34,594 nt of DNA, from assembly GCA_032718475.1 (NCBI GenBank), contig JAUCBJ010004644.1, positions 1 to 34,594 of the forward strand. The letters run 5' to 3'. Source of the DNA: Nemertoderma westbladi. Lineage: Eukaryota > Animalia > Xenacoelomorpha. Under the pieces are notes generated by a model. The model was not told the origin of the DNA. It saw only the letters and a list, made by a program, of their open reading frames with translations, and ran no database searches. Position numbers and translations under genes: made by a program. This document shows positions 1-12,484 of this stretch, piece after piece; position 1 is the first letter of the stretch, and every line of letters begins with the position of its first letter.

Positions 1-334
1 ATATTTATCCTTCTACAGTATTTGTAGGCTAAAAACTAGCTCAATCTTCAGAATCTTCGAATAGTCTTCAAATGTATCCTTCGTTTAGAAAGGATAATTT
101 ATCCTACGAATTATAGACTATTATTTGAATTGTCAGACAATTTAGACGGCTAAAATGCTGATAATTTTGAAGAAAATTTATTTCGATCAAATTAGCAGCA
201 TATTACTGTCAGACTGTAGTAGCAATTTCGAAGGATGTGAGATGTGACTTTGCTGGGTACAATGCCATAACCAGGCTTAGTACAGTAGTAGTAGGTTTCC
301 CTGTAATTAGAGAAATAAATGATCAATATTGACT

Positions 335-432
335 TGCGGCGAAATGGCATTTGCAGTGAGACACCTAGCCGCACATTATCTGCGGCGAGGTGACCTGCGG
401 CGAAGTGGCAGTGCGGCGAGGTGACCTTTCCC
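335..432. repeat. Four copies of a 15-16 bp GC-rich motif (TGCGGCGARRTGRC), probably the subterminal repeat of a DNA transposon end
   Basis: Copies start at 335, 381, 396 and 412 in an otherwise AT-rich background. Confidence 0.55.
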
Positions 433-456
433 TCAATTGGTACTGTGGTAACAACA

Positions 457-500
457 TTGTTTATTGTTTTGGTTAGAAAAACCCACCCTGTAACCTACTC
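457..500 (+). repeat. Fragment of a dispersed repeat family
   Basis: TTGTTTATTGTTTTGGTTAGAAAAACCCACCCTGTAACCT resembles segments near 14500-14536, 30133-30168 and 33677-33715. Confidence 0.6.
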
Positions 501-674
501 TTCTCTTTGGGGCGTATTGGTAACTTCTCAGCTTGTATATAAGTGGCTATTTTACTATTAGGCCTACTAAATGACTACCGGCAGACAGGTACTGTAATAT
601 TGGCGAGTATCACAGGCGGCGGCGGGTACCAAACCTACAGACCGATGATTCCCTTAAAAGTTAATGTAACGTAG

Positions 675-885
675 GTAAGTAATTTAACATTGTCAGATTG
701 ATCGATTGATAATTTAATTAACAGAGGATACTACTGTAGGTACTAATAATAAATACAAATATCAGAATATAGTCATTTCCTGAGATATACCAGTATACTG
801 AGCAGCTGACTGGCTGAGTGGACATCTGATATCAGGATAACGTATTTAATAATCAATCTAACTAACTATATTCTGATATTACTAG
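675..885 (+). other. Putative 5'-UTR intron of the TTLL7-like gene
   Basis: Consensus donor AG|GTAAGT at 675, CTAACTAAC branch-like motif at ~858-866, acceptor TAG at 883-885, ATG at 908. Confidence 0.45.
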
Positions 886-907
886 CCCCACATGATCTGA
901 TGATACG

Positions 908-3418
908 ATGCCGAACCCACAATCTATCGATGTATATAGTAAACTACCAGACACCAAACCACCTGATGGTAAGTTTAAACCACTAACGGAAAGCGTCGCC
1001 TCAAACGGCAGCAGCAGGTTTAACCGCTTATCTGAATCAGAAATCGAGGAGTCGCTTCCAACAAGAAACTCCCCATCCATTTATAGCAGAATGTTCCCAA
1101 CAACGACAACATCTACGAAACCACCGGGCAACAAATTGCGTCGGCAATCAGCCATCATGGTGCATATCGCCGGGACCCGTTACGATGTTGTAAAGGAAGT
1201 CGCAGAGGAGATGGGATTCCGTACCACGGTCCTCGATAAGGATCTCACCGAGTGTTTCATTATTTGGAGCGACGCCTGCGTCCAAACCGAAGTGATATCC
1301 TCCTTAAAATCCTTCCAGCGTATTAACCACTTCCCGGGAATGGGTGAGATTTGTCGGAAAGATTTTTTGGCGCGAAATTTAAGCAAAATGGCTCGTAAAT
1401 TCCCCGACGAGTATAAATTCAGCCCCAAAACCTGGATCTTACCCGCGGATTATACGAACTTACAGAATTACATCCAGGATTTGAAAGCAAAACGTAAAAC
1501 TAAAACGTTTATAATAAAACCCTGCAACGGCTCTATGGGCCACGGGATTCAACTGTTCCGCAATTTGGATAAAATTCCCCACGACGAGATGAACGTAGTC
1601 CAGGAATACCTCGACAAGCCGCTCCTAATCGACGGTTACAAGTTCGACCTTCGCGTCTACGTCGTCATGACTTCATGCGACCCGTTACGGGCGTTCCTCT
1701 ACAACGACGGGCTGGTGCGACTCAGTACGGAACCTTACGCCACGCCCTCCGAGGCCAACCTAGCCCGCAGCTGCATGCATCTAACCAACTACTCGCTCAA
1801 CAAGTTCAGCGACAACTTTATCCGCAGCGAGGACATCGACAAAGGAAGCAAGCGATCTATTAAGTACCTAATGGAATATTTATCCGATAAAGGTTTCGAT
1901 GTGGATAAACTCTGGGCCGATATAAAGTCGGTTCTGGTGAAAACGTTATTGGTGGCGGAGCCGCACGTGTTGCACGGATACCGAGGCTGTCGTCCCGGGC
2001 AACCGCCCAACGCCCAGTCCGTCTGCTTCGAGGTCCTCGGCTTCGATATCTTCCTCGACCGCCGGTTGAAGCCTCATCTTATCGAGATAAACCGCGCACC
2101 GAGTTTCGGAACGGATTCACGAATCGACTACGATATAAAGAGCGGAATCCTCAGGGATTCCTTCCGACTGCTGCGCGTCCGGCCTTCCGATCGCCGGAAG
2201 AGCATCGCCTTGGATAAAGCGGAGAGTCAACGACGCCTCCATCCCGCGGGCGAGTCCGGGAAAAAGTTATCCCGTCGACGTCGCGAGATTAACGACGAGT
2301 TATCGCGAGTTCGAAGAGAGAAACTCCGGTTCGAGTTCGAGAATCGGAACCTCGGTAACTTCCAGCGGCTGTTCCCGACGGAGGTCGAGGGATTAGCGAG
2401 TCGATACGAGGAGTTGATGAGGTTCGCCTTCCTCTCGACGCTCTCGGGAGGCCGATCCGTCGCGTTGCACAAGGACTACGCGACCGTCGCCACGAACAAA
2501 CAGCGGGAGGAGGAGTTACTCCAGTTGCTGGAGGAGTGCGAGTTGGATGAGTCGAACGAGTCGTCACGGCCTAAACCGCTGTCGTCGATGCCTCCAGCGG
2601 AGACGCCCAGTCGTCGGAACGCTGAGACGACGACGGACGAGGAAGAGGAGCCCCGAAAACCGGTGGAGCGACGGAGACGATCGGGTTTGCTTCCGGCAAC
2701 CCGGAGGATAGTCGCCCCCCGGAAGCCGCCGCCGGCGCGTCTCGCGTTCCCGCTGCGGAACCAGAACCTCCAGATGGGCGCGGAACGGAGCGGCGCGGAA
2801 CGGAACGGGGACGACGATGAACGGATACGCGACGCGCTCTCGGCGCTCAACTCGCTGCGGATTAAATACCCCGGACGGGGCGACGTGGAGGCGGCCGATC
2901 GGCTCTGCGAGATAACCGCCAACTGGGGCTTCCATAAACCCCGGGTCGGCGCCTATTGGCTGGTTAAACTGGACGCGGTAAAACGGCGCCGCTTATTGGA
3001 CATCGTCCAGGACAACGCGAGAGAGGTTGTTCGTAAAGTTTGGATGGTTAGCGAACCGGTGACGGTGCCGTTGTGGATGGCCGTCGTTAAAGTAATCAAT
3101 CGGTTGCTATGGAACCACGGACAGGGTCTGTGGGCGGCCTTCGACCCCGGTACGGGAGACTCTGTCTGGGAGTCCACGCTGCTCAGGGATAAGACGCCCC
3201 CTAACGGAGTCACCCTGGACTGCTGTAGACGGGTGGTGCAGCTCGCCAAGGACTGTCTGCTGACAGTCTACCAGCTGTCCCTAGAGACCCGACCCCGTAC
3301 AGACTCGCTGGCCCAGACCGTGGTCCCCATTAGCTTCCCCAGCCCCTCCAGTTTGGCGCCTCTCAGCCAACGACTCATGAGAATCTACGGCAGAGAAGTT
3401 CCTTCGTATGCAAAGTAA
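908..3418 (+). CDS. TTLL7: Tubulin polyglutamylase TTLL7-like, 836 aa, single-exon CDS
   Basis: TTL ATP-grasp motifs QRINHFPGMGEICRKD, VVQEYLDKPLLIDGYKFDLRVY, HLTNYSLNK, CFEVLGFDIFLD and EINRAPSF; AEPHVLHGYRGCRPGQPP is characteristic of TTLL7. Confidence 0.92.
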   Translation: MPNPQSIDVYSKLPDTKPPDGKFKPLTESVASNGSSRFNRLSESEIEESLPTRNSPSIYSRMFPTTTTSTKPPGNKLRRQSAIMVHIAGTRYDVVKEVAEEMGFRTTVLDKDLTECFIIWSDACVQTEVISSLKSFQRINHFPGMGEICRKDFLARNLSKMARKFPDEYKFSPKTWILPADYTNLQNYIQDLKAKRKTKTFIIKPCNGSMGHGIQLFRNLDKIPHDEMNVVQEYLDKPLLIDGYKFDLRVYVVMTSCDPLRAFLYNDGLVRLSTEPYATPSEANLARSCMHLTNYSLNKFSDNFIRSEDIDKGSKRSIKYLMEYLSDKGFDVDKLWADIKSVLVKTLLVAEPHVLHGYRGCRPGQPPNAQSVCFEVLGFDIFLDRRLKPHLIEINRAPSFGTDSRIDYDIKSGILRDSFRLLRVRPSDRRKSIALDKAESQRRLHPAGESGKKLSRRRREINDELSRVRREKLRFEFENRNLGNFQRLFPTEVEGLASRYEELMRFAFLSTLSGGRSVALHKDYATVATNKQREEELLQLLEECELDESNESSRPKPLSSMPPAETPSRRNAETTTDEEEEPRKPVERRRRSGLLPATRRIVAPRKPPPARLAFPLRNQNLQMGAERSGAERNGDDDERIRDALSALNSLRIKYPGRGDVEAADRLCEITANWGFHKPRVGAYWLVKLDAVKRRRLLDIVQDNAREVVRKVWMVSEPVTVPLWMAVVKVINRLLWNHGQGLWAAFDPGTGDSVWESTLLRDKTPPNGVTLDCCRRVVQLAKDCLLTVYQLSLETRPRTDSLAQTVVPISFPSPSSLAPLSQRLMRIYGREVPSYAK

Positions 3419-3496
3419 TTTTGGTGCACCTGAAGTTTCTATAGATTTTTGTATTTAAATTAAATAGATGTAAAAATTTATAATTTTACAGAGAAG

Positions 3497-3599
3497 TTAC
3501 TGTTTTTTTGAACTCCGTGTCGAGTGTTTGTTTATTTTCGACCGGTAAACAATAAATACTGAAAAATAAAACGAGACAACGGAGTTGAAAAACAATAAT
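3497..3599. repeat. Imperfect inverted repeat (MITE-like fold-back) just downstream of the TTLL7 stop
   Basis: TGTTTTTTTGAACTCCGTGTC (~3501-3521) versus GACAACGGAGTTGAAAAACA (~3575-3594). Confidence 0.55.
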
Positions 3600-4266
3600 T
3601 TTTGTAATAATTAAATTAACGTTTTTTATTTTGTTTGAAAATCGCTACTTTTTGTTTCGAATCCTATTTTAATAATTACTGTTAAAAATAATTACCCACG
3701 TCTGCGAAGCGGCATCCGGTTTTTCTGGACCTTTACTTTTCTATTTATGTGCCTTTAAATCCAAAGGTTGGGCTGCAGTATTTAACGAGACCCGGATATG
3801 GGAATGAATTAGCTAACTTATATCTCTCCACCGCCATTGTGTACATTTATGGGTAATTACTGATGGTTTGTATCCCCCCCCCCCCCCCCCCCCCCCACTC
3901 ACGCGGCTCGATCACATTAATTTTTCCAGTTGGATAAAAGTAAAATATATCGATTATCAAACAATTATTATTTATTATTCTCATGCCGTACATTATATTT
4001 ATTTATTTTTTTCACCTCACATGTAAATTACCTTAGTAATTTTTTGTTTATTTATTTTTGCCACAATAAACTGCATTGCTTTACTTTTTCTATAGTAACT
4101 ATATTAATAATAAGGAACTGTGTAACAAAATATTAAAGATCGTTTATCACATTGTAATTAACTGCAGAATAAAACATTTATTTGTAAATCTAGTATTAGT
4201 TTCTACATCAAATTCAAAGTTTTCCCATAAATAACGTTAGTTGGCCTAGGTACAGCAGGACAATGT

Positions 4267-7200
4267 GCATAACGTGGAATGGTAATATGGTAACGCCTAC
4301 TTGGGCCCCGTTGCATAACGTGGAATGGTAATATGGTAACGCCTACTTGGGCCCCGTTGCATAACGTGGAATGGTAATATGGTAACGCCTACTTGGGCCC
4401 CGTTGCATAACGTGGAATGGTAATATGGTAACGCCTACTTGGGCCCCGTTGCATAACGTGGAATGGTAATATGGTAACGCCTACTTGGGCCCCGTTGCAT
4501 AACGTGGAATGGTAATATGGTAACGCCTACTTGGGCCCCGTTGCATAACGTGGAATGGTAATATGGTAACGCCTACTTGGGACCCGTTGCATAACGTGGA
4601 ATGGTAATATGGTAACGCCTACTTGGGCCCCTTTGCATGACGTGGAATGGTAATATGGTAACGCCTACTTGGGCCCCGTTGCATAACGTGGAATGGTAAT
4701 ATGGTAACGCCTACTTGGGCCCCTTTGCATGACGTGGAATGGTAATATGGTAACGCCTACTTGGGCCCCGTTGCATAACGTGGAATGGTAATATGGTAAC
4801 GCCTACTTGGGACCCGTTGCATAACGTGGAATGGTAATATGGTAACGCCTACTTGGGCCCCGTTGCATAACGTGGAATGGTAATATGGTAACGCCTACTT
4901 GGGCCCCGTTGCATAACGTGGAATGGTAATATGGTAACGCCTACTTGGGACCCGTTGCATAACGTGGAATGGTAATATGGTAATGCCTACTTGGGCCGCG
5001 TTGCATAACGTGGAATGGTAATATGGTAACGCCTACTTGGGACCCGTTGCCTAACGTGGAATGGTAATATGGTAACGCCTACTTGGGCCCCGTTGCATAA
5101 CGTGGAATGGTAATATGGTAATGCCTACTTGGGCCGCGTTGCATAACGTGGAATGGTAATATGGTAACGCCTACTTGGGACCCGTTGCCTAACGTGGAAT
5201 GGTAATATGGTAACGCCTACTTGGGCCCCGTTGCATAACGTGGAATGGTAATATGGTAATGCCTACTTGGGCCGCGTTGCATAACGTGGAATGGTAATAT
5301 GGTAACGCCTACTTGGGACCCGTTGCCTAACGTGGAATGGTAATATGGTAACGCCTACTTGGGCCCCTTTGCATGACGTGGAATGGTAATATGGTAACGC
5401 CTACTTGGGCCCCGTTGCATAACGTGGAATGGTAATATGGTAACGCCTACTTGGGACCCGTTGCATAACGTGGAATGGTAATATGGTAACGCCTACTTGG
5501 GCCCCTTTGCATGACGTGGAATGGTAATATGGTAACGCCTACTTGGGCCCCGTTGCATAACGTGGAATGGTAATATGGTAACGCCTACTTGGGCCGCGTT
5601 GCATAACGTGGAATGGTAATATGGTAACGCCTACTTGGGACCCGTTGCCTAACGTGGAATGGTAATATGGTAACGCCTACTTGGGCCCCGTTGCATAACG
5701 TGGAATGGTAATATGGTAATGCCTACTTGGGCCGCGTTGCATAACGTGGAATGGTAATATGGTAACGCCTACTTGGGCCCCGTTGCATAACGTGGAATGG
5801 TAATATGGTAACGCCTACTTGGGCCCCGTTGCATAACGTGGAATGGTAATATGGTAACGCCTACTTGGGCCCCGTTGCATAACGTGGAATGGTAATATGG
5901 TAACGCCTACTTGGGCCCCGTTGCATAACGTGGAATGGTAATATGGTAACGCCTACTTGGGCCCCGTTGCATAACGTGGAATGGTAATATGGTAACGCCT
6001 ACTTGGGCCCCGTTGCATAACGTGGAATGGTAATATGGTAACGCCTACTTGGGACCCGTTGCATAACGTGGAATGGTAATATGGTAACGCCTACTTGGGC
6101 CCCTTTGCATGACGTGGAATGGTAATATGGTAACGCCTACTTGGGCCCCGTTGCATAACGTGGAATGGTAATATGGTAACGCCTACTTGGGCCCCTTTGC
6201 ATGACGTGGAATGGTAATATGGTAACGCCTACTTGGGCCCCGTTGCATAACGTGGAATGGTAATATGGTAATGCCTACTTGGGCCGCGTTGCATAACGTG
6301 GAATGGTAATATGGTAACGCCTACTTGGGACCCGTTGCCTAACGTGGAATGGTAATATGGTAACGCCTACTTGGGCCCCGTTGCATAACGTGGAATGGTA
6401 ATATGGTAATGCCTACTTGGGCCGCGTTGCATAACGTGGAATGGTAATATGGTAACGCCTACTTGGGACCCGTTGCCTAACGTGGAATGGTAATATGGTA
6501 ACGCCTACTTGGGCCCCGTTGCATAACGTGGAATGGTAATATGGTAATGCCTACTTGGGCCGCGTTGCATAACGTGGAATGGTAATATGGTAACGCCTAC
6601 TTGGGACCCGTTGCCTAACGTGGAATGGTAATATGGTAACGCCTACTTGGGCCCCTTTGCATGACGTGGAATGGTAATATGGTAACGCCTACTTGGGCCC
6701 CGTTGCATAACGTGGAATGGTAATATGGTAACGCCTACTTGGGACCCGTTGCATAACGTGGAATGGTAATATGGTAATGCCTACTTGGGCCGCGTTGCAT
6801 AACGTGGAATGGTAATATGGTAACGCCTACTTGGGACCCGTTGCCTAACGTGGAATGGTAATATGGTAACGCCTACTTGGGCCCCGTTGCATAACGTGGA
6901 ATGGTAATATGGTAATGCCTACTTGGGCCGCGTTGCATAACGTGGAATGGTAATATGGTAACGCCTACTTGGGACCCGTTGCCTAACGTGGAATGGTAAT
7001 ATGGTAACGCCTACTTGGGCCCCGTTGCATAACGTGGAATGGTAATATGGTAATGCCTACTTGGGCCGCGTTGCATAACGTGGAATGGTAATATGGTAAC
7101 GCCTACTTGGGACCCGTTGCCTAACGTGGAATGGTAATATGGTAACGCCTACTTGGGCCCCTTTGCATGACGTGGAATGGTAATATGGTAACGCCTACTT

Positions 7201-10200
7201 GGGCCCCGTTGCATAACGTGGAATGGTAATATGGTAACGCCTACTTGGGACCCGTTGCATAACGTGGAATGGTAATATGGTAACGCCTACTTGGGCCCCT
7301 TTGCATGACGTGGAATGGTAATATGGTAACGCCTACTTGGGCCCCGTTGCATAACGTGGAATGGTAATATGGTAACGCCTACTTGGGCCGCGTTGCATAA
7401 CGTGGAATGGTAATATGGTAACGCCTACTTGGGACCCGTTGCCTAACGTGGAATGGTAATATGGTAACGCCTACTTGGGCCCCGTTGCATAACGTGGAAT
7501 GGTAATATGGTAATGCCTACTTGGGCCGCGTTGCATAACGTGGAATGGTAATATGGTAACGCCTACTTGGGCCCCGTTGCATAACGTGGAATGGTAATAT
7601 GGTAACGCCTACTTGGGCCCCGTTGCATAACGTGGAATGGCAATATGGTAACGCCTACTTGGGCCCCGTTGCATAACGTGGAATGGTAATATGGTAACGC
7701 CTACTTGGGCCCCGTTGCATAACGTGGAATGGTAATATGGTAATGCCTACTTGGGCCGCGTTGCATAACGTGGAATGGTAATATGGTAACGCCTACTTGG
7801 GCCCCGTTGCATAACGTGGAATGGTAATATGGTAACGCCTACTTGGGCCGCGTTGCATAACGTGGAATGGTAATATGGTAACGCCTACTTGGGCCCCGTT
7901 GCATAACGTGGAATGGTAATATGGTAACGCCTACTTGGGCCCCGTTGCATAACGTGGAATGGTAATATGGTAACGCCTACTTGGGACCCGTTGCATAACG
8001 TGGAATGGTAATATGGTAATGCCTACTTGGGCCGCGTTGCATAACGTGGAATGGTAATATGGTAACGCCTACTTGGGACCCGTTGCCTAACGTGGAATGG
8101 TAATATGGTAACGCCTACTTGGGCCCCGTTGCATAACGTGGAATGGTAATATGGTAATGCCTACTTGGGCCGCGTTGCATAACGTGGAATGGTAATATGG
8201 TAACGCCTACTTGGGACCCGTTGCCTAACGTGGAATGGTAATATGGTAACGCCTACTTGGGCCCCGTTGCATAACGTGGAATGGTAATATGGTAATGCCT
8301 ACTTGGGCCGCGTTGCATAACGTGGAATGGTAATATGGTAACGCCTACTTGGGACCCGTTGCCTAACGTGGAATGGTAATATGGTAACGCCTACTTGGGC
8401 CCCTTTGCATGACGTGGAATGGTAATATGGTAACGCCTACTTGGGCCCCGTTGCATAACGTGGAATGGTAATATGGTAACGCCTACTTGGGACCCGTTGC
8501 ATAACGTGGAATGGTAATATGGTAACGCCTACTTGGGCCCCTTTGCATGACGTGGAATGGTAATATGGTAACGCCTACTTGGGCCCCGTTGCATAACGTG
8601 GAATGGTAATATGGTAACGCCTACTTGGGCCGCGTTGCATAACGTGGAATGGTAATATGGTAACGCCTACTTGGGACCCGTTGCCTAACGTGGAATGGTA
8701 ATATGGTAACGCCTACTTGGGCCCCGTTGCATAACGTGGAATGGTAATATGGTAATGCCTACTTGGGCCGCGTTGCATAACGTGGAATGGTAATATGGTA
8801 ACGCCTACTTGGGCCCCGTTGCATAACGTGGAATGGTAATATGGTAACGCCTACTTGGGCCCCGTTGCATAACGTGGAATGGTAATATGGTAACGCCTAC
8901 TTGGGCCCCGTTGCATAACGTGGAATGGTAATATGGTAACGCCTACTTGGGCCCCGTTGTATAACGTGGAATGGTAATATGGTAACGCCTACTTGGGCCC
9001 CGTTGCATAACGTGGAATGGTAATATGGTAACGCCTACTTGGGCCCCGTTGCATAACGTGGAATGGTAATATGGTAACGCCTACTTGGGACCCGTTGCAT
9101 AACGTGGAATGGTAATATGGTAACGCCTACTTGGGCCCCTTTGCATGACGTGGAATGGTAATATGGTAACGCCTACTTGGGCCCCGTTGCATAACGTGGA
9201 ATGGTAATATGGTAACGCCTACTTGGGCCCCTTTGCATGACGTGGAATGGTAATATGGTAACGCCTACTTGGGCCCCGTTGCATAACGTGGAATGGTAAT
9301 ATGGTAACGCCTACTTGGGACCCGTTGCATAACGTGGAATGGTAATATGGTAACGCCTACTTGGGCCCCGTTGCATAACGTGGAATGGTAATATGGTAAC
9401 GCCTACTTGGGACCCGTTGCATAACGTGGAATGGTAATATGGTAATGCCTACTTGGGCCGCGTTGCATAACGTGGAATGGTAATATGGTAACGCCTACTT
9501 GAGACCCGTTGCCTAACGTGGAATGGTAATATGGTAACGCCTACTTGGGCCCCGTTGCATAACGTGGAATGGTAATATGGTAATGCCTACTTGGGCCGCG
9601 TTGCATAACGTGGAATGGTAATATGGTAACGCCTACTTGGGACCCGTTGCCTAACGTGGAATGGTAATATGGTAACGCCTACTTGGGCCCCGTTGCATAA
9701 CGTGGAATGGTAATATGGTAATGCCTACTTGGGCCGCGTTGCATAACGTGGAATGGTAATATGGTAACGCCTACTTGGGACCCGTTGCCTAACGTGGAAT
9801 GGTAATATGGTAACGCCTACTTGGGCCCCTTTGCATGACGTGGAATGGTAATATGGTAACGCCTACTTGGGCCCCGTTGCATAACGTGGAATGGTAATAT
9901 GGTAACGCCTACTTGGGACCCGTTGCATAACGTGGAATGGTAATATGGTAACGCCTACTTGGGCCCCTTTGCATGACGTGGAATGGTAATATGGTAACGC
10001 CTACTTGGGCCCCGTTGCATAACGTGGAATGGTAATATGGTAACGCCTACTTGGGCCGCGTTGCATAACGTGGAATGGTAATATGGTAACGCCTACTTGG
10101 GACCCGTTGCCTAACGTGGAATGGTAATATGGTAACGCCTACTTGGGCCCCGTTGCATAACGTGGAATGGTAATATGGTAATGCCTACTTGGGCCGCGTT

Positions 10201-11911
10201 GCATAACGTGGAATGGTAATATGGTAACGCCTACTTGGGCCCCGTTGCATAACGTGGAATGGTAATATGGTAACGCCTACTTGGGCCCCGTTGCATAACG
10301 TGGAATGGTAATATGGTAACGCCTACTTGGGCCCCGTTGCATAACGTGGAATGGTAATATGGTAACGCCTACTTGGGCCCCGTTGCATAACGTGGAATGG
10401 TAATATGGTAACGCCTACTTGGGACCCGTTGCATAACGTGGAATGGTAATATGGTAACGCCTACTTGGGCCCCGTTGCATAACGTGGAATGGTAATATGG
10501 TAATGCCTACTTGGGCCGCGTTGCATAACGTGGAATGGTAATATGGTAACGCCTACTTGGGCCCCGTTGCATAACGTGGAATGGTAATATGGTAACGCCT
10601 ACTTGGGCCCCGTTGGATAACATGGAATGGTAATATGGTAACGCCTACTTGGGCCCCGTTGCATAACGTGGAATGGTAATATGGTAACGCCTACTTGGGA
10701 CCCGTTGCATAACGTGGAATGGTAATATGGTAACGCCTACTTGGGCCCCGTTGCATAACGTGGAATGGTAATATGGTAATGCCTACTTGGGCCGCGTTGC
10801 ATAACGTGGAATGGTAATATGGTAACGCCTACTTGGGCCCCGTTGCATAACGTGGAATGGTAATATGGTAACGCCTACTTGGGCCCCGTTGCATAACGTG
10901 GAATGGTAATATGGTAACGCCTACTTGGGCCCCGTTGCATAACGTGGAATGGTAATATGGTAACGCCTACTTGGGCCCCGTTGCATAACGTGGAATGGTA
11001 ATATGGTAACGCCTACTTGGGCCCCGTTGCATAACGTGGAATGGTAATATGGTAACGCCTACTTGGGCCCCGTTGCATAACGTGGAATGGTAATATGGTA
11101 ACGCCTACTTGGGACCCGTTGCATAACGTGGAATGGTAATATGGTAACGCCTACTTGGGCCCCGTTGCATAACGTGGAATGGTAATATGGTAATGCCTAC
11201 TTGGGCCGCGTTGCATAACGTGGAATGGTAATATGGTAACGCCTACTTGGGCCCCGTTGCATAACGTGGAATGGTAATATGGTAACGCCTACTTGGGCCC
11301 CGTTGGATAACATGGAATGGTAATATGGTAACGCCTACTTGGGCCCCGTTGCATAACGTGGAATGGTAATATGGTAACGCCTACTTGGGACCCGTTGCAT
11401 AACGTGGAATGGTAATATGGTAACGCCTACTTGGGCCCCGTTGCATAACGTGGAATGGTAATATGGTAATGCCTACTTGGGCCGCGTTGCATAACGTGGA
11501 ATGGTAATATGGTAACGCCTACTTGGGCCCCGTTGCATAACGTGGAATGGTAATATGGTAACGCCTACTTGGGCCCCGTTGCATAACGTGGAATGGTAAT
11601 ATGGTAACGCCTACTTGGGCCCCTTTGCATGACGTGGAATGGTAATATGGTAACGCCTACTTGGGCCCCGTTGCATAACGTGGAATGGTAATATGGTAAC
11701 GCCTACTTGGGCCCCGTTGCATAACGTGGAATGGTAATATGGTAACGCCTACTTGGGCCCCGTTGCATAACGTGGAATGGTAATATGGTAACGCCTACTT
11801 GGGCCCCTTTGCATGACGTGGAATGGTAATATGGTAACGCCTACTTGGGCCCCGTTGCATAACGTGGAATGGTAATATGGTAACGCCTACTTGGGCCGCG
11901 TTGCATAACGT
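4267..11911. repeat. Satellite array of ~166 copies of a 46-bp unit GCATAACGTGGAATGGTAATATGGTAACGCCTACTTGGGCCCCGTT
   Basis: Constant 46-bp period (e.g. 4267 to 4313), substitution variants only, no ORF of 60 aa or more in the track. Confidence 0.98.
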
Positions 11912-12072
11912 CCTTATTGGTGTTGTAGCCAGGAGACACACTATTGCTGTAGCAAGCATAGGCCTACTGGAACATTGAAATATAAAATACTTGCCTATTA
12001 TATAGATAATTTATATGATTTTCTAAGTGTAATACAAAATACAACACATATTTTTATAAACTCTTAGATAAA

Positions 12073-12212
12073 ATACGATACGAAAAAATACGAAATTATT
12101 TTCGTATTTCCTATCGTATCTTGGATTTTTCGTATCGTATTTTCTCATAATTGCATTCGTACCGTATCGTATCGTGAAAAATTGGTTCGTATCGTATAGT
12201 ATCCTGTCCCTG
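12073..12212. mobile_element. Fold-back, MITE-like fragment rich in ATACG/CGTAT motifs
   Basis: ATACGATACG motifs on the left face CGTATCGTAT motifs on the right; it ends in ...CCTGTCCCTG (CAGGG terminus on the minus strand). Confidence 0.45.
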
Positions 12213-12484
12213 GTCATAATATGCATTACATATGAATAGATATTGACAATAAAAAAATAAGTAATATAAAATATAATTAGCGATACTATCGAAGATATAA
12301 TCGTAGACACACCGGCATCATTTACATTTACATACAAATTAAAAGTTATTTAAATTTTAACATTTGTCAACATCAATTACAAATCAACAGTCATTACAAA
12401 ACAATAAGATAACATTTTAGCGACTACACTTTGTTATATCAGTTATTTAAATATAATGTAATATAATAATATGATAATGCTCTC

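Noticed and set aside
897-930. CTGATGA as a possible hammerhead core
   Set aside because: Followed by GAAC rather than GAAA, with no stem I, II or III pairing
862-3249. Short antisense and alternative-frame ORFs overlapping TTLL7 (and likewise INTS2 and Gag-Pol)
   Set aside because: Expected shadows of GC-rich coding sequence with no recognisable motifs
3874-3896. Long poly-C/poly-G runs (also ~14382, 14934, 18158, 18492)
   Set aside because: Homopolymer lengths are unreliable, and several lie within repeats; no function can be supported
4267-11911. CRISPR-like array
   Set aside because: No unique spacers, head-to-tail monomers only, no cas genes, eukaryotic context
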